DNA of 64,000 nucleotides from Azolla caroliniana (taxonomy: Eukaryota > Plantae > Polypodiophyta): contig JBHGNT010000004.1 in NCBI GenBank assembly GCA_043228905.1, positions 19,220,001 through 19,284,000 of the forward strand. Direction: 5' to 3'. Positions within the stretch are counted from its first letter, which is position 1; the number at the start of each line of letters is the position of its first letter. Both the position numbers and the translations under genes were made by a program. Below the pieces are notes generated by a model. That model did no database searches and had not been told where the DNA came from. It saw only the letters and a list, made by a program, of their open reading frames with translations. Shown here in pieces: positions 36,779-50,347 of this stretch.

Positions 36779-37707
36779 TCTCACGAATGGGTGGAATGAG
36801 GCTAAGTACTAAGAGAGAGTGAGAGCATAAGCAAGATCACAAGATTGTCAAGGACAAGTAGACAAGGCTCAATATTAAGAGATAGCGGGAGAGAGAGCAT
36901 AGACAAGAGAAGAAGCAAGAGAGAGGATAGACAAATAAACAAGAATTGTATATGCTTTTGTAATTGGTGTTGTTCACCTTGACTGTAATCAAGGTGCACC
37001 CCAGTATTTATACAAGAATGTGGAGGTATGCATGAAAGCTAGAAGACTTCTAGAGAGTGCATGGAAACTTCTAGAGAGTGCATGAAGATGCATTCTCTAG
37101 AAGGTTCTCGAAAGTTCTAGTGATCAATCTATAATGAAATAAGTTGAGTCTTACACAATACAATAATGCATAGATGGACGTAGCTCAATTGGTAAGGTTG
37201 CACAATAAGACCAGAAGGTCATGGTAAAGACAGGATGCCACATGGAATGGTGGGGGTTGAAACCATGACCTTCTGGTCTTATTGGGCAACCTTACCAATT
37301 GAGCTACGTCCATATATGCATTATTGTATTGTGTAAGACTCAACTTATTTCATTATAGATTGATCACTAGAACTTTCAAGAACCTTCTAGAGAATGCATC
37401 TTCATGCACTCTCTAGAAGTTTCCATGCACTCTCTAGAAGTCTTCTAGCTTTCATGCATACCTCCAAATTCTTGTATAAATACTCAGGTGCACCTTGATT
37501 ACAGTCAAGGTGAACAACACTAGTTATGAAAGCATATACAATTCTTGTTTATTTGTCTATCCTCTCTCTTGCTTGTTCTCTTATCTATGCTCTCTCTCCC
37601 GCTATCTCTTAATATTGAGCCTCGTCTACTAGTCCTTGACAATCTTGTGATCTTCTTATGCTCTTGCTCTCTCATAGTACTTACCCTCATTCCACCCATT
37701 CGTGACA
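36779..37707. mobile_element. Palindromic element made of two head-to-head chromoviral LTR copies
   Basis: Arms ~36779-37225 and ~37262-37707 are inverted repeats; ends TcTCACG/CGTGACA; TSD agtgt/agtgg; arms resemble LTR 47987-48428. Confidence 0.88.
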
Positions 37708-37825
37708 AGTGGTGGGGATTGATGAGAGGGAGAGAGGGGTTTTGAATGTGTATAAAGGAAGATGTGGGAGTTAGGGAGGTAGGAGAGATACCCTAATGAC
37801 CTTTTCTTACATAAATTGAAATTTG

Positions 37826-37900
<75 letters not shown>

Positions 37901-38016
37901 TCCCCTACTATTCTCTTTTATACTATTCTTTAGGTACCATACTATTTAACCTAATTATTCAACCGTTGAAGGTTATACGCTCGCACTCCTTGCTTAGGCC
38001 ATACGGCCAAAAACTA

Positions 38017-41000
38017 CAAAAGCAATTTCAAGTAGGAATTTGGTGACTTCATGGAAGAACTCATCCTCCTCGCCCTGTGTTTTATATGTGTTGGCCTACG
38101 GAGAGTATTCTCCGAAATATGATCGCAGCATCTCATTATCCATTTTCTAAACTACATCAAAACCCTCTTTTTTCAAGTTCATCAATCGACGTACCTATTT
38201 GTTAGTTATCTTGGCGATGTCGATCCTCTGAATCAATTCTGTGGCACGCGGATGCGGCTCCGAATCCGCCACTTGAAGATATCCCTGAAGTCCTTTGTTG
38301 CCCAGTCACTCTCGAAGGTTATCAAATACAGGGATCGGCATGGTGTCGTTCTCGTCAGAGATGTCTGATGTCTGTAGTGATGGTGATGACGGCTTTTGAT
38401 TGCGAAGACACGGAGAAGAAAATTTCTTAGCTCTAAAAAACTTCTGTGTTTGTGGCGATAGAGAACATGAGTTATTAGGTTTTAAAGAAATTAGGTGTTT
38501 CATGATGTCTAGGGAAAAGGGAATATACTATTAATGATAGTACTAGTCTTCAAATAGTAATAATAACTCCACCACTCGTAATAACTATTGCATGATTTGT
38601 GACCATGTAACTTATAGTCTGAAAAAGACCATGCCAAGAAGTCTTCATGCAAAACAGTTACTTCTGTTATATTTTTGTCAAGATTTTATTATTATTATTA
38701 TTATTACTATTTACATTTGTGGCCTATACCAGGTCACGTTGCGTTGGTTTGTTTTTCAACTTGAAAGGGATTTTCCGGCATCGCGCCCTGAAAAGGTTTG
38801 AGTCGAAAACCGTTAAACCATTTTGGTAAAATTTCCCCTGATAACGTACCATTCTTGCTATCAACAATCCAGAACGGCCACGTCCACCGGAATCGAAGTT
38901 TTCTGGGCATAGACCCCATTTTAGTTTGGAAAACTAAAACTAATTTTCTGATTGTGAATTGCTTTTCTTTTTGTCGTCTATGTCGGTCTACGAATGCCTT
39001 TGTTTGTCATTGTTTTTGCTCTAGTGTTGACATTGCTTGAATTCGACTTTCCTCTAACAACAATAATTGTTGTTTCTGAACTTGTTCCTACTTTACTTTG
39101 TCTAATCTTTCGGTAACTTGTATGCGGAGTGTCGGAACTTGAAATTCTATTGGCATTACTGCCTCTAATCCAAATGCCATCCTAAATGGAGTGGATTTAA
39201 TAGTTGCTTTATATGATGTACAATAGGCCCATAAAGCACTATTTAGCTTCTGGTCCCAATCTGTCCTATTCTCATTCACTATTTTCTTCAGAATCATTTG
39301 CAGTGTTTTATTTGTGGATTCTACTATCCCATTAGCTTGAGGGTAGTATGAAGTACTTTTCTTATGTACTACTGCATAATATGTTGATAATTCATGTATA
39401 ATTTTATTAATGAAATGAGTACCTTGGTCGCTTACTAATTCGATAGGACACCCGAATCGACACCATATATTTTCATATAAGAATTTAGCTATTGACGTTG
39501 CCGCATTATCTCGCAAAGGTTTAGCCCCAACCCATTTTGTGCAGTACTCCGTAGCGACTATGATATATCGATTCCCTGTCCGTACCGTTGCTGGTTTAAA
39601 TGTACCGACAAAATCTAGTCCCCATTTTTGAAACGGTTCTAAGGGCAATACAGGTTGAAAAGGCATTCTATCCTTTTCTATTGGTTGTCCGATTTTTTGG
39701 CATAATTCACATTGTCGACAATATTCGACTACATCTCTTGTTGTTGTCGGCCACCATAACCCACTATTCCATATTTTCTTGGTCGTTGCTTCCCCTGCAT
39801 AATGTCCACCCGCGACACCACTGTGAGTTTCCCGTAGGATTGCTTCTTTCTCGAACTGTCAAACCGTGTGTTGCCAAATTCCATCCGCCCCCTTGTGGTA
39901 TAGAGTGTCGTTTAGGAGACAAAAATTTCGACTTCGAACCACTAGTCGTTTCCTTTCATCTATTGACATATGATCGGGTGGTAACCCTGTTGTGAGGAAA
40001 ATTGTCATTTCGGTTATCCACGCATCAGATGTTTCATCATTCATCTCGTGAACCGGTACTGGGTTGACCCAAAAAAGTTGTCCATCTGGAAAATTGTCTT
40101 GTATTCCTGTTCCTTCTTCTCCCAACTCTAAATGGCTAAGGTAGTCCGCCACAGCATGTTGTACCCCTGGTCGATGAAGGATGTCGAATTCAAACTCTTG
40201 AAGTAGCAACGTTGATCTTGCTAATTTGCCTGTAAGTTCTTGCTTTGAGACTAAATACAGTAAAGCAAAATGATCGACATGAAAGGTGAACTTCCGTCCC
40301 AAAAGGTAATGTCTGAATTTATTAATATTGTACACCATTCCCAAAGCTTCCCGTTCTGTTGTTGAATAATTCCGCTCAACTGTGGAAAGTTTCCGACTAG
40401 CGTAATATACCGGCCTATACCAGTTCAGTTCCGACAGCTGCATTAGGGAGCTCCCAATTGCTACATCTGATGCATCAACAAACACATGAAAAGATTTGTT
40501 CCAATCAGGAGGTTGCACAAATGGAACTTTCGAGAGCATTTTCTTTAGATAGCTATACGCATCTTGTTCAACCGTCGTCTACTGGAAAGGTGTTCTATGT
40601 ACCGTTGTATGCAACAGTATTGCAACATTAGCAAGGTACCTCATCATCTAACTATGCCATCTTATTTGTCCTAAGAACCAACTAAGAGCTTTTGCATTTG
40701 TTGGTGTTGGTGCCTCCATTATTGCTTTAACTTTATCTGGGTCTACTACTATGCCTTCTTGACTCACAATATGCCCCAATAAGGCGCCAGTTGTCACTCC
40801 GAATGCACATTTAGCCGGATTTAGGCTAAGCCGACCTTGTCGACAACGTTCTAGGCACAATCTTAAATGTTCAAAGTGTTTTGTTTTCCGATTGTAAACA
40901 ACAAAATCATCTAGAAAGATTTGCATGAACGCAGGAATATAATTATTAAAAATTTCTTGTATTACCCTTTGAAATGTGGTAGGAGCCATTTTTAACCCAA

Positions 41001-44000
41001 ACATCATTACCACTACCACAAATACTCCCCATTCCGTTACAAAAGTTGTTTTTTCTTGATCATCTAGATGCATTCTTAGTTGATTGTAACCACTGAATCC
41101 GTCTAAAAAACTATAAACTTCGTGTCGTGCCACTGCATCCAGGACTTCATCGGAAAAGGGTAATGGAAACGCATTCGTTACCGTAGATGCATTAAGTTTC
41201 TGGTAGTCGACACAAACCCGAATTTTGCCATTTTTCTTTGGCACCACCACTATTGGACTTAACCATGTTGCCTTTTTAACTGGTCTGATGAATCCGACTC
41301 GGAGTAATTTATCAATCTCTTCTTTCACTTTGACTGCATAGTTTGGGTTTAACCGATAGTGTCGTTGTTGTACCGACTTTGCTTCCTTCTGAAGATTGAT
41401 TTAATGCTGACAAAAGACTGGATCTAATCCTTTCATGTCTTCAAATGACCAGGCGAATACATCTTTATATTGTTTGATTAAGGCTATGAGTCGTTCTTTA
41501 TCAGATGATAACATTTCTTTGGCAATCAGTACAGTTTTTGGCTCAAACTCCTGACCCTCGTCAGCCAAATTTATTTCTTCTAATGCTGAAGCCTGAACTC
41601 TTTGAGATACCTGCATTTCTTTTTCTGTAGCTTCTTGTTGGAGATGAATCTCCTTCATCGTTTGATCATCTATTGGAATGTTGTTGTGCTTATCATCGAC
41701 ATACGATGTAAGAGCTTGCAAAATGTCGACCTCAAACAAAGGAATAATTTTTGGATTGTCGTTAAAATAGTGATTTTCTTCTGTCTCATCCAATCCTTCC
41801 ATCATATTGACAGCTTCTGCATGTATTGGCAGACATTGTCGATTTGTACTGACCTTATCTTGAGTGGATATCTTAATTTTATTTTTTCCTTTTCGGAATG
41901 TTAATATATTTTTATTCCAGTTCTGCTTAATACTTGAAGTCTTTAACCATGGTCGGCCCAATAATAAGGGATATGCTCCAGGAGCCTCCAATTGAAGCAC
42001 TACTGCTAATATTTGAAAAATATGTCCCCCCAGGATTACATCCAGCTGTCGGATTAAACCCAGTGGCCTAACCGTGCTGGTGTCGTCCATACGTAACCAA
42101 AATGGGCATGCATCCCATTTAGTAATACCTATCTTGTCACGGGTGATTTTATTGATAACATTCACTCCCAAGCCGTCGTCGACAATTGTCCCGGCTATCT
42201 CATGTCCAGGAACTATTACTTTTATTGATGGGTTTTGTTCATCCATAATTGTCAAACCACTGCTTGGGTGACTATAATTAACGGATATCTGTCTAATCCC
42301 TTTTTGTGCAATCAGAGTTGTTACCTTCTCTGTGAACCGTGGAACTAGTTTCAGTAAGTCGGTCAAAGGCAATGAAACTTAACAATCCATCAAAATTTTC
42401 GAAGCTTCTTCTTGCTCTTGTAATGGAACTGAGCTTGTGTTCCCTGACTGGGTCCTTATTGCATATTTCATTATCCTGCAGCATTCTAGAAACATTATTT
42501 TTGTTAGCTTCTTCTACCCATTCTTTAGTTGCTTTTCGAACAGCGTCTTGGACTTCCCATTCTGGTTGCTTACCCTTGCTTCGAGTGGTGACCTATTGAA
42601 TCTCGGGAGCCACCATATTAACAACAAGTGCTTTCCCCTTGTCCCTAGTTGGACATTGGTTTGCATAATGGCCATTTTTCCTGCAAATGTAGCAATTTTG
42701 GATTGATGAACCACTAGCCTCACCATGTTCATATTGTGGTCTACCAGCTTCGTTGAAATCTGAGTTCTCCCTTTGGAAATCATGTTGAAATTGCCTAGAT
42801 GCTTTTGGCTTATTAAATTTCTTGTTGGGTGGCCGATTATTCTGTTTGCAGTTTTCCTGATAACAACCCCCTCTATATTGTTGCCAGTGACCGTTTTCTC
42901 GAGGTGGAGAAGAATCTTGATCCCAATTATTGCGATCATCCCTTCGATAAGTGTTTTGTCGATCCTCTTCTTGACTTGAATCATATTTATTGGTTCGCCT
43001 GTAATCATTTTGATTATTATCGTTATTCTATCGTCAAGACTCATTCCGCCGATCTGAATAATATATGTTACCATACCGATCTGTTAGTGAACCTACTTTG
43101 CTTGTCCTTATAAGAATCCTCTGGATGAATTTGTCTCATAGAGGTTGTCGCATTATTGAGCAAATTGTATTCACATTGCTCTACAGAATGAGCTTTGGAA
43201 TTACATATTGTGCAATGAGTGTGTAGAGTGCATTCGATTGTTGAATGGCCAGTGTTGAGACAAGTTGTACATTGTACTGCTTGTCGAAATTGTGACTCTT
43301 CTAAGGTCGGCAAATTATTGTTTAGTGCTGACAAATCCATACTTTTCTTATTCTTGTGTGTTTGATCCATAGCAAGTGCTTTATCAATCACTTGATCAAT
43401 TGACTGATTCCGGAAATCGAATACTGCTAGAGTTGTCCGCAATAGGTCACGGATTGCTTCTAAGAATATATCTTTCAATTCCTCATCTAGAATTGTCTTT
43501 GAAATTTGAAGTTGCAAATTTTGAAACCAAATAACGAATTGTGATACTGTTTCATGTGGTTCCTGATAAGATGCATAGAATTGAGCGATCAAATCCTTCT
43601 AAGGGATTTGTTGATGAAATAATTGGGTGAATTTAGTGGTTAATTGTTCGAATGTATCGAACGCTTGTAAGCCATTTTGTTGAAACCAATTTGTTGACGC
43701 CCCATCCAATGATAAGACAAACTCGGCAATTTTAGACTTATCTTCGGCTGCTGCCAACAGTCTCTGAGCTCCATGGTTTATTTCCCATGTTGTCAAAAAA
43801 TCCCTAATATGCACTTCCGCATCAGCGTCATCTCGATATTTCGAGTAAGGGTAAGGCATATTGTCGTCACCCTAGATATCGTAAAATGATACCTCTTCAG
43901 ACTATTGGTCATCGGAATAATCGTCGGTTAAGTCGAGAATTGAAGACCACCTCCCACCCCTGATTGATGTATCCAAACTAGACGACATCCATTCGACTCG

Positions 44001-44539
44001 TTCTCTGTTGTATGCAGATGTAACTGGGCGTGCCAAAATTTACTGTGTTGTTCGGCCGACAAACGACTATTTGTGACCGACAGACAATAATGTCGAGCGT
44101 TCTGTGATGAACGTTCTATCAAAGAACTATGGAATATGAATGGATTATACTGGATTAATCGTAACCTACGATACTGTATTCGTATCATGATCGACTATTT
44201 TAGTTAGTACAGTTATAGCATAACAGCATTATAGAGAACAATATTATCGACACAAGTGCTCAGAATTCCTATAACTAAAAACTATATTAACTGAAAACAG
44301 ATGATAGTATTACAATGCTTTCGGTTCCTTTTTATAGGTAACCTGAAGACTTCCTCATCAAGAACTATATTTTGCCTTGTCGGCAAGAACTACAAAATAA
44401 CTAACTTAAATATTTGTAATTATTATTTGTCGGCAAAATTGTTGACTCATCGATCCGCCTAGTTTATTCAACTCCGACTTTGTAGTTTCCGAACCTTGTC
44501 GACTTCGACACTTTCAACTCATTCCTTGACCAGCTAACA
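38017..44539 (-). mobile_element. Decayed non-chromoviral Ty3/gypsy (OTA/Selgy-like, no extra RNase H seen)
   Basis: LTR ~44046-44539, PBS TGGCACGCCCAGT 44023-44035 (tRNA-Arg), gag with three CCHC knuckles, protease IVDDGLGVN, RT FLDDF, RNase H VDASD/EREAL, integrase WGLDFVG/SDQGTHF, extra ORF ~38020-38500. Confidence 0.9.
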
Positions 44540-47500
44540 ACGACGATGTCCAACTACAGTAGGAGCCATGCGGTTGGACAACAGACATACATGTCGCTCC
44601 CAAAGTTCTACTAACAACTTTTCCTTCGAGATAACTCTCTGTTTCCAGTCTATTTCAATTCAATCCTTAGCGTTACTCAATTCCGGGGCCATGACGTGTT
44701 TTATGGACGAAACGTTTGTTCACAAACACAACTTTCTTGTTGTCCGGTTGTCCAAGCCTATTCCAGTCGAACCTATCGATGGGCAAATGCTCTCCTTTGG
44801 CGTAGTCACCAAAGCCACGGTCCCCCTCCTTTTGCAGCTTGGGACCCATCAGGAGGCCTTATCATTTTACCTTATCACTTCACCACGGCATCCAATCATA
44901 CTTGGGTTTTCTTGGTTGAAAGCGAATAACCCTGTTATAGATTGATACAACCACTCACTTACTTTTCAACCGCAAACTCACATGGAGGTTGGAGTGGCTT
45001 CCAATGTCGTTATGTCAGAATGGCTCGAATCATTTTCTGTCGAGCACTCCTCTATTCAACTCGGACCAATGCACTCGGATGCTCATGCCCCAGTCACAAT
45101 GCACTCCATCTCAATGGGCAATGACTCAGAGTCAAGCACCCCAACTTTGGTTCCTATGAAAGCCAATTTGGACTCGCTTCCATCCAAATATGGTGACTTT
45201 GCTTATGTGTTCGAGAAGAAGAATGCAGATCACTTATCGGAGCATCGACCATATGATTGTCTGATCGATCTACAGGAGGGCACGCCTCCACCCTTTGGGC
45301 CCATCTATGGTCTCTCTAAACCAGAACTAGAGGCTCTTCGCACATATCTCGATGAAAATTTGGGGAAGGGCTTCATCCAACCGTCTAAGTCACCAGTTGG
45401 GGGGGCATCTTGTTTGTGAAGAAAAAGGATGGTTGCGTCTATGTGTGGATTACCATGGCCTCAATAAAATCACGGTACGTAATCGATACCCTTTACCTCT
45501 CATCCCAGAGCTCCTCGATCGCATTCTTTGTGCACAAATCTTCTCCAAGATTGACTATACAACTTGGTTCGGATTAAACCTGGTGATGAATGGAAGATGG
45601 CATTTCGTACACGATACAGACACTTCGAGTACAAGGTAATGCCTTTTGGACTCACCAATGCTCCAGCTATTTTTCAACATGTGATGAACGACATATTTAG
45701 AGAATATCTGGATCACTTTTTCGTTATCTACCTTGTTGAAATTCTTGTCTTCTTGTCGAGCATTGAAGAGCATACTCACCACGTTCGATTGATTCTCTCG
45801 AAACTCAAGGAGCATGGCCTCTATGCCAAGAGAGAAAAATGTGAGTTTGATTGCAATTCCATAGAATTTCTTGGTTATGTTATCTCCCCCTAGGGCATCA
45901 CCATGGATCCAAGGAAAATCAAGACAATTCAAGAATGGGCCACTCCAAAACGAGTAAAGGATATCTAGTCGTTCCTTGGTTTCGCAAATTTCTATCGGCG
46001 ATTTATCAAGGGGTTCTCCATCATAGTCCAACATGTCATTTCAATGGACTCCATCTACTCAACACGCCTCTGACCTACTCAAGGAAGTTTTTACCCGGCC
46101 TCTAGTCCTCCTTCACGTCGACCCTACTAAGCCTTTTCAAGTTGAAACAGATGCCTCTGACTTGGCCATTGGTGCCATCTTATCCCAACCCGATGATGAT
46201 GGCATCCTACATCCGGTGGCATACTACTCCCAAAAATTCACAACCCCAAAAATCAACTATCCCATCTACGACAAGGAGCTCGCAACTATAATGACAGCTT
46301 TCTTAACTGACTATGACTTTGAAATTTGTCTTTCAGCTGGGGGCACAAAACATGAAGGCTGATGCTCTTTCATGACGGTCAGATTTTGAGTTGAGCCCAA
46401 GGGATGATGCCTATGCTCAACAATCTCAATAATTGCTTAAACCAAATCAATTCCAACTCTTCGCCACATGCATGCTCCATGTCGACTCTTTGCTTGAGGA
46501 GATAGCCAAAGCACTTCCCACCGACAAATTCGCCAACGCAATTCAGGAAGGTCTTATTGATCCGTCTAAATCCAAGACCAAGGAAGACCTTGACCACTTC
46601 AGATTCGAGGGGGGATTGCTTTACCGAGACCAACTCTTATATGTTCCGGAGGGCCGATGTCGAACTCAAGTTTTCCAAAAGTGTCATGATGACCCCTTGG
46701 TTGGTCATTTTGGTGTTACAAAGACACTCAAATTAATCTCACGAGGATATTGGTGGCCTCAACCATGGAAGTTTGTCAAGGAATTCATCAACACATGTGA
46801 TACTTGTGCTAGATCCAAAGTCGTCCACCATAGGCCATATGGGTTGCTCCAACCACTTCCCATTCCCAACCAGCCTTGGGCATCAATTTCCATGGATTTC
46901 ATCACTGACTTGCCTCTTGTCCACAGATATGACACAGTGCTCGTCATGGTATATCAGTTTACAAAGATGGCTCATTTTGCCCCTTGTGCAAAGACTATTT
47001 CAGTAGAAGCAACAACCGATCTATTTTTAAAGAATGTGGTGCGGCTTCATGGGGTCCCAGATGATGTCACCTCAGATCACGGGCCCCAATTTGTCTCTCA
47101 TTTTTGGCGGTAGCTCCTTCAAACATTGGGCACAATAGTGAATTTGTCTTCATCCTATCATCCTCAAACCGATGGCCAAACGGAGCAGGTGAACCAAATT
47201 CTTGAGCATACCTTCGATGCTCGCTTAGCTACCAGCAAGATGATTGGGTTGACCTCCTACCCTTGGCAGAGTTCACATATAATAATACGCTACATGGTTC
47301 AACTGGGATCACCCCATTTTTCGCCAACTATGGTTTCCATCCTCGCTTCAGTATTTCCATCCCTTGCAACTCTATCAACCCATCAGCGGAAGGACGTGCT
47401 AGTATTTTAGCCGACATTCATCAAGACCTCTCCCTCGAACTCATCCTTGCAAGGGACCGGTATAAAGCGCAAGCTAATCGACATCGTTCTGCTACACCCG

Positions 47501-48428
47501 CCTTTGCAGTTGGTGATCAAGTTTGGCTCTTACATCGCCATGTCAATATTACTCAACCTTGCAGAAAGTTGGATTACAAGAAGTTGGGGCCTTTCCGCAT
47601 CATTGAGTGTGTCAATCCTGTCACTTTCCGGTTGGAACTTCCTCCACATTTCTGGATTCATAATGTCTTCCATGCCACTCTTCTTGAACCTTATCATCCA
47701 TCCACTATTCTTGGAAGACACTCTCGACCTCCAATTGAGCTTTCCACAGGTGAGGAGTATGAGGTGGACAAGATTCTGAACTCTCGTTAAAGGGTATCCC
47801 ATTTCAGAGGCTTGGGAACCAACTCAATTCTCCAGTAGTCCTATGGAAAGGGTATCCCATTTCAGAGGCAACTTGGGAACCAACGCAACACCTAGAGAAT
47901 GCATCGGATGTTGTTCATGCATTTCATCACCAATATCCACAAAAACCGGGGAGGCATCTTCAAAGGCGGCCTTAGCAGGGGAATAATGTCATGGACATGA
48001 CAACAGTCATGTCATGATTCGAACTCTTGACCTATTGTATTTAATCAATATGTTTTAACCAATACATAATCATGTTACCTTACTAGATTATTGTAGATTA
48101 TCTATTCTACATGTAGGATTTTAGAAGCTTCTGGAAAGCTCCAAAAGCTAGAACATTCTAGAAGCTTGTGCATGAAAATGAGTCTTTGCATGGGGCTACA
48201 TTTAGAGACCATAAACATGTATAAATACAGGGGTTCACCTTGGCCTTAGTCAAAGTGAACAACACTAGTTACGGAATCATAATTCAGTTCTTGTTCTCTT
48301 GACTACTTTCTCTCTCTCTTTCTTATTATCTTGTCTATGATCTCTCTCTCACTCTCTTAGTATTGAGCCTCGTGTACTTGTTCATTACAGCAACACAACT
48401 TCAATCAATTCTAGAAGTTGTTCTCACA
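44540..48428 (+). mobile_element. 5'-truncated Tcn1-like chromovirus with 3' LTR 47987-48428
   Basis: Protease LLNSGA, RT MPFGLTNAPA, RNase H ETDASD, integrase SMDFITDLP, chromodomain EYEVDKILNSR..WKGY..ATWEP, PPT agcaggggaataa, TG..CA LTR. Confidence 0.92.
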
Positions 48429-49719
48429 GGGAGGGAGAGGAGTCTGAAACTAGATTGAGTTGTGGATGGGGTATTAGAGAAGTTAGGTCCATTCATTGGA
48501 AAGGATGTGACCCGATTTTTGCAGGTGTTCGATGCAAAGATGTTACATCGCAATATTCCTGCTAATTTGAAGAAATCCAACTTCCATCGTGGTAGCTGTC
48601 GATGTTCTTCCTATCATAGAAGAGCTTCAGACGCAAGATGTTGAATGGGAGGTATTCTGTCGTGATCTACTCGGTGTTTTCAATTGTGCTGATTCCACCA
48701 AGATGACCTTGCGGGCATTTGAAGCTTGGGTGAAGTTGGACAAGAAGCATGGGTCAGTTCTAGAGACCCTTTTTTATTTTGAAGCAAAGTTCCGACAACT
48801 CTCAGTTCGGGAGCAAACTTTGCTTGAACCAGAGAAGGTGGTTCTCTTCCTTCGCTTGGTTCCCTATGCGGATAGGGTAGAGCTAGGGAAACTTATGGAA
48901 TCAGGTGAAACTAAAACAGGTTTACAAGAGGATTGGTGCCGAATTCGGTCCATCTGCCTTCGATATGAGAAAAGATGAACATGGTTGGGCTCGAAGGGAC
49001 GTGGAAATGTTACTCTAACCTCCTCTTTGAAGACAAGAACAAGGATCGAGGCATATATGGAGAAACCACAACCAGGTGACGTAGATGAGTTGGTGAAGCA
49101 ATTCATGGAGTAGAAGATTTCTTCCATGTCGAAGGTGCAACTCAGCCACAAGTGCAACGAACTCTTCCGACTAGGGATTTTCGATGCTTATGGTGTGACA
49201 GTTTGGAGCATCGAAGATCGGAGTGTGTGGAGCATCAGGAGGCTATGCAAAAGAACCTCATATTCTACAAGGATCAGTTGATCCACTCATATGTGAATCG
49301 TCAACCACTAAACACAAATTTTGGGCGAGGAGGAATGAAAAAGGTCTTGGAGGAAGAAGAGCTTCGACATGCATAAGCTATTTTCCATTCTACTTCGGCT
49401 GCTATTCGACTAATTAAAATGTCAAAGCAAGATCCAACTATTCAAACTGTTCGTATTGAAGATGGTTGTCAAAGGACTGGTTGGAGTGATCCAACTTTTC
49501 CCACAAATTATGATGTGATGGTAGAGGAGAAGAGGAGGAGAGAGGAAGAGTTGGATCATGAACGAGTTCTAAAGAGGGCTGATTTTCTTTCTCCATCTGA
49601 ATAGCAAAATTTGGACATACAAAGGGCTGAACCAAAACCTGTACATGTATCCAAGAAGTTGTTGGGATTTCGGTCCCTCCGGATGGGATGTCCGGAGATG
49701 AATGACGGCAAGCCCGGTT

Positions 49720-49855
49720 GCGGTTACGGAGCCGGATGATGAAGACCCCGGTTACGGAGCCAGATGATGAATACCCCGGCTACGGAGCCGGATGATGAAG
49801 ACCCCGGTTACGGAGCCGGATGATGAAGACCCCGGTTACGGAGCCGGATGACGAA
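49720..49855 (+). repeat. 29-bp tandem repeat (~4.5 copies) in LTR U3; same array at ~54492-54627
   Basis: Unit cggttacggagccggatgatgaagacccc. Confidence 0.9.
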
Positions 49856-50347
49856 TGTACCCGGAGAGAGATCCGGATGCGGGGACATATTTGTGAATAT
49901 GTTTGCCAAGGGCCCTTGAGGCTATATTTGTAAATAGCCCGAAAGTCATCTGTGTATAAATATGACTTAGGGCAAACAGTTTTAGGTGGTCGCTCATTTT
50001 TCTGATTTCACCTAGAGAGAGCGAAGAGAGCAGCCGCGAGAGAGAGAGAGAGACGAAGAGGTCGTTGCCTCTGTGTATTGCCGCCGCCTGTGGCGAAGAC
50101 AGTGAGCTCAAGGTTGTTGCCTTGAAGCTTCACCATTGTACATCCCTGTTCATAGTGATAGTTGGAGTTTGAGGACTCCCGTGGTTTTTCCCATTTAGGG
50201 TTTTCCACGTAAAATATCCTGTGTACTCCTCTCTCTATAGTCTTCGTGTACTTTGTATTTCCCATTTTCGGAGAGTTGATCCTATTCCTCGGTTGTGGCC
50301 GAGCACCGTTTGCAACAAACTGGTATCAGAGCGAGTTGTTGCAGAAA

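Larger units (their letters stand above)
9273..38016 (-). mobile_element. Penelope-like retroelement split by nested insertions; pLTRs 9273-9658, 36484-37799 and inverted 37798-38016
   Basis: PLE RT motifs in order on the minus strand: GLKF (~35210), IKAANK (~17345-17362), GTTMGCNFSVVYACLFLSHLE (~16750-16810), YIDD..LPFFDI..FQKPLNSYQYLPFSSDHP (10802-11176), YPPHFILKAF..PFICCTKSKSLYSYLVK (9775-10037). Repeated pLTR with hammerhead. Confidence 0.85.

Noticed and set aside
37170-37312. Genuine tRNA genes
   Set aside because: Anticodon arm does not pair; treated as a tRNA-derived LTR module.
49720-49855. CRISPR-like 29-bp repeats
   Set aside because: Head-to-tail with no spacers, inside a plant LTR.
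50246-50347. Listed upstream start of the 1391-aa ORF
   Set aside because: Lies in the LTR/PBS; the ATG at 50348 is the likely start.
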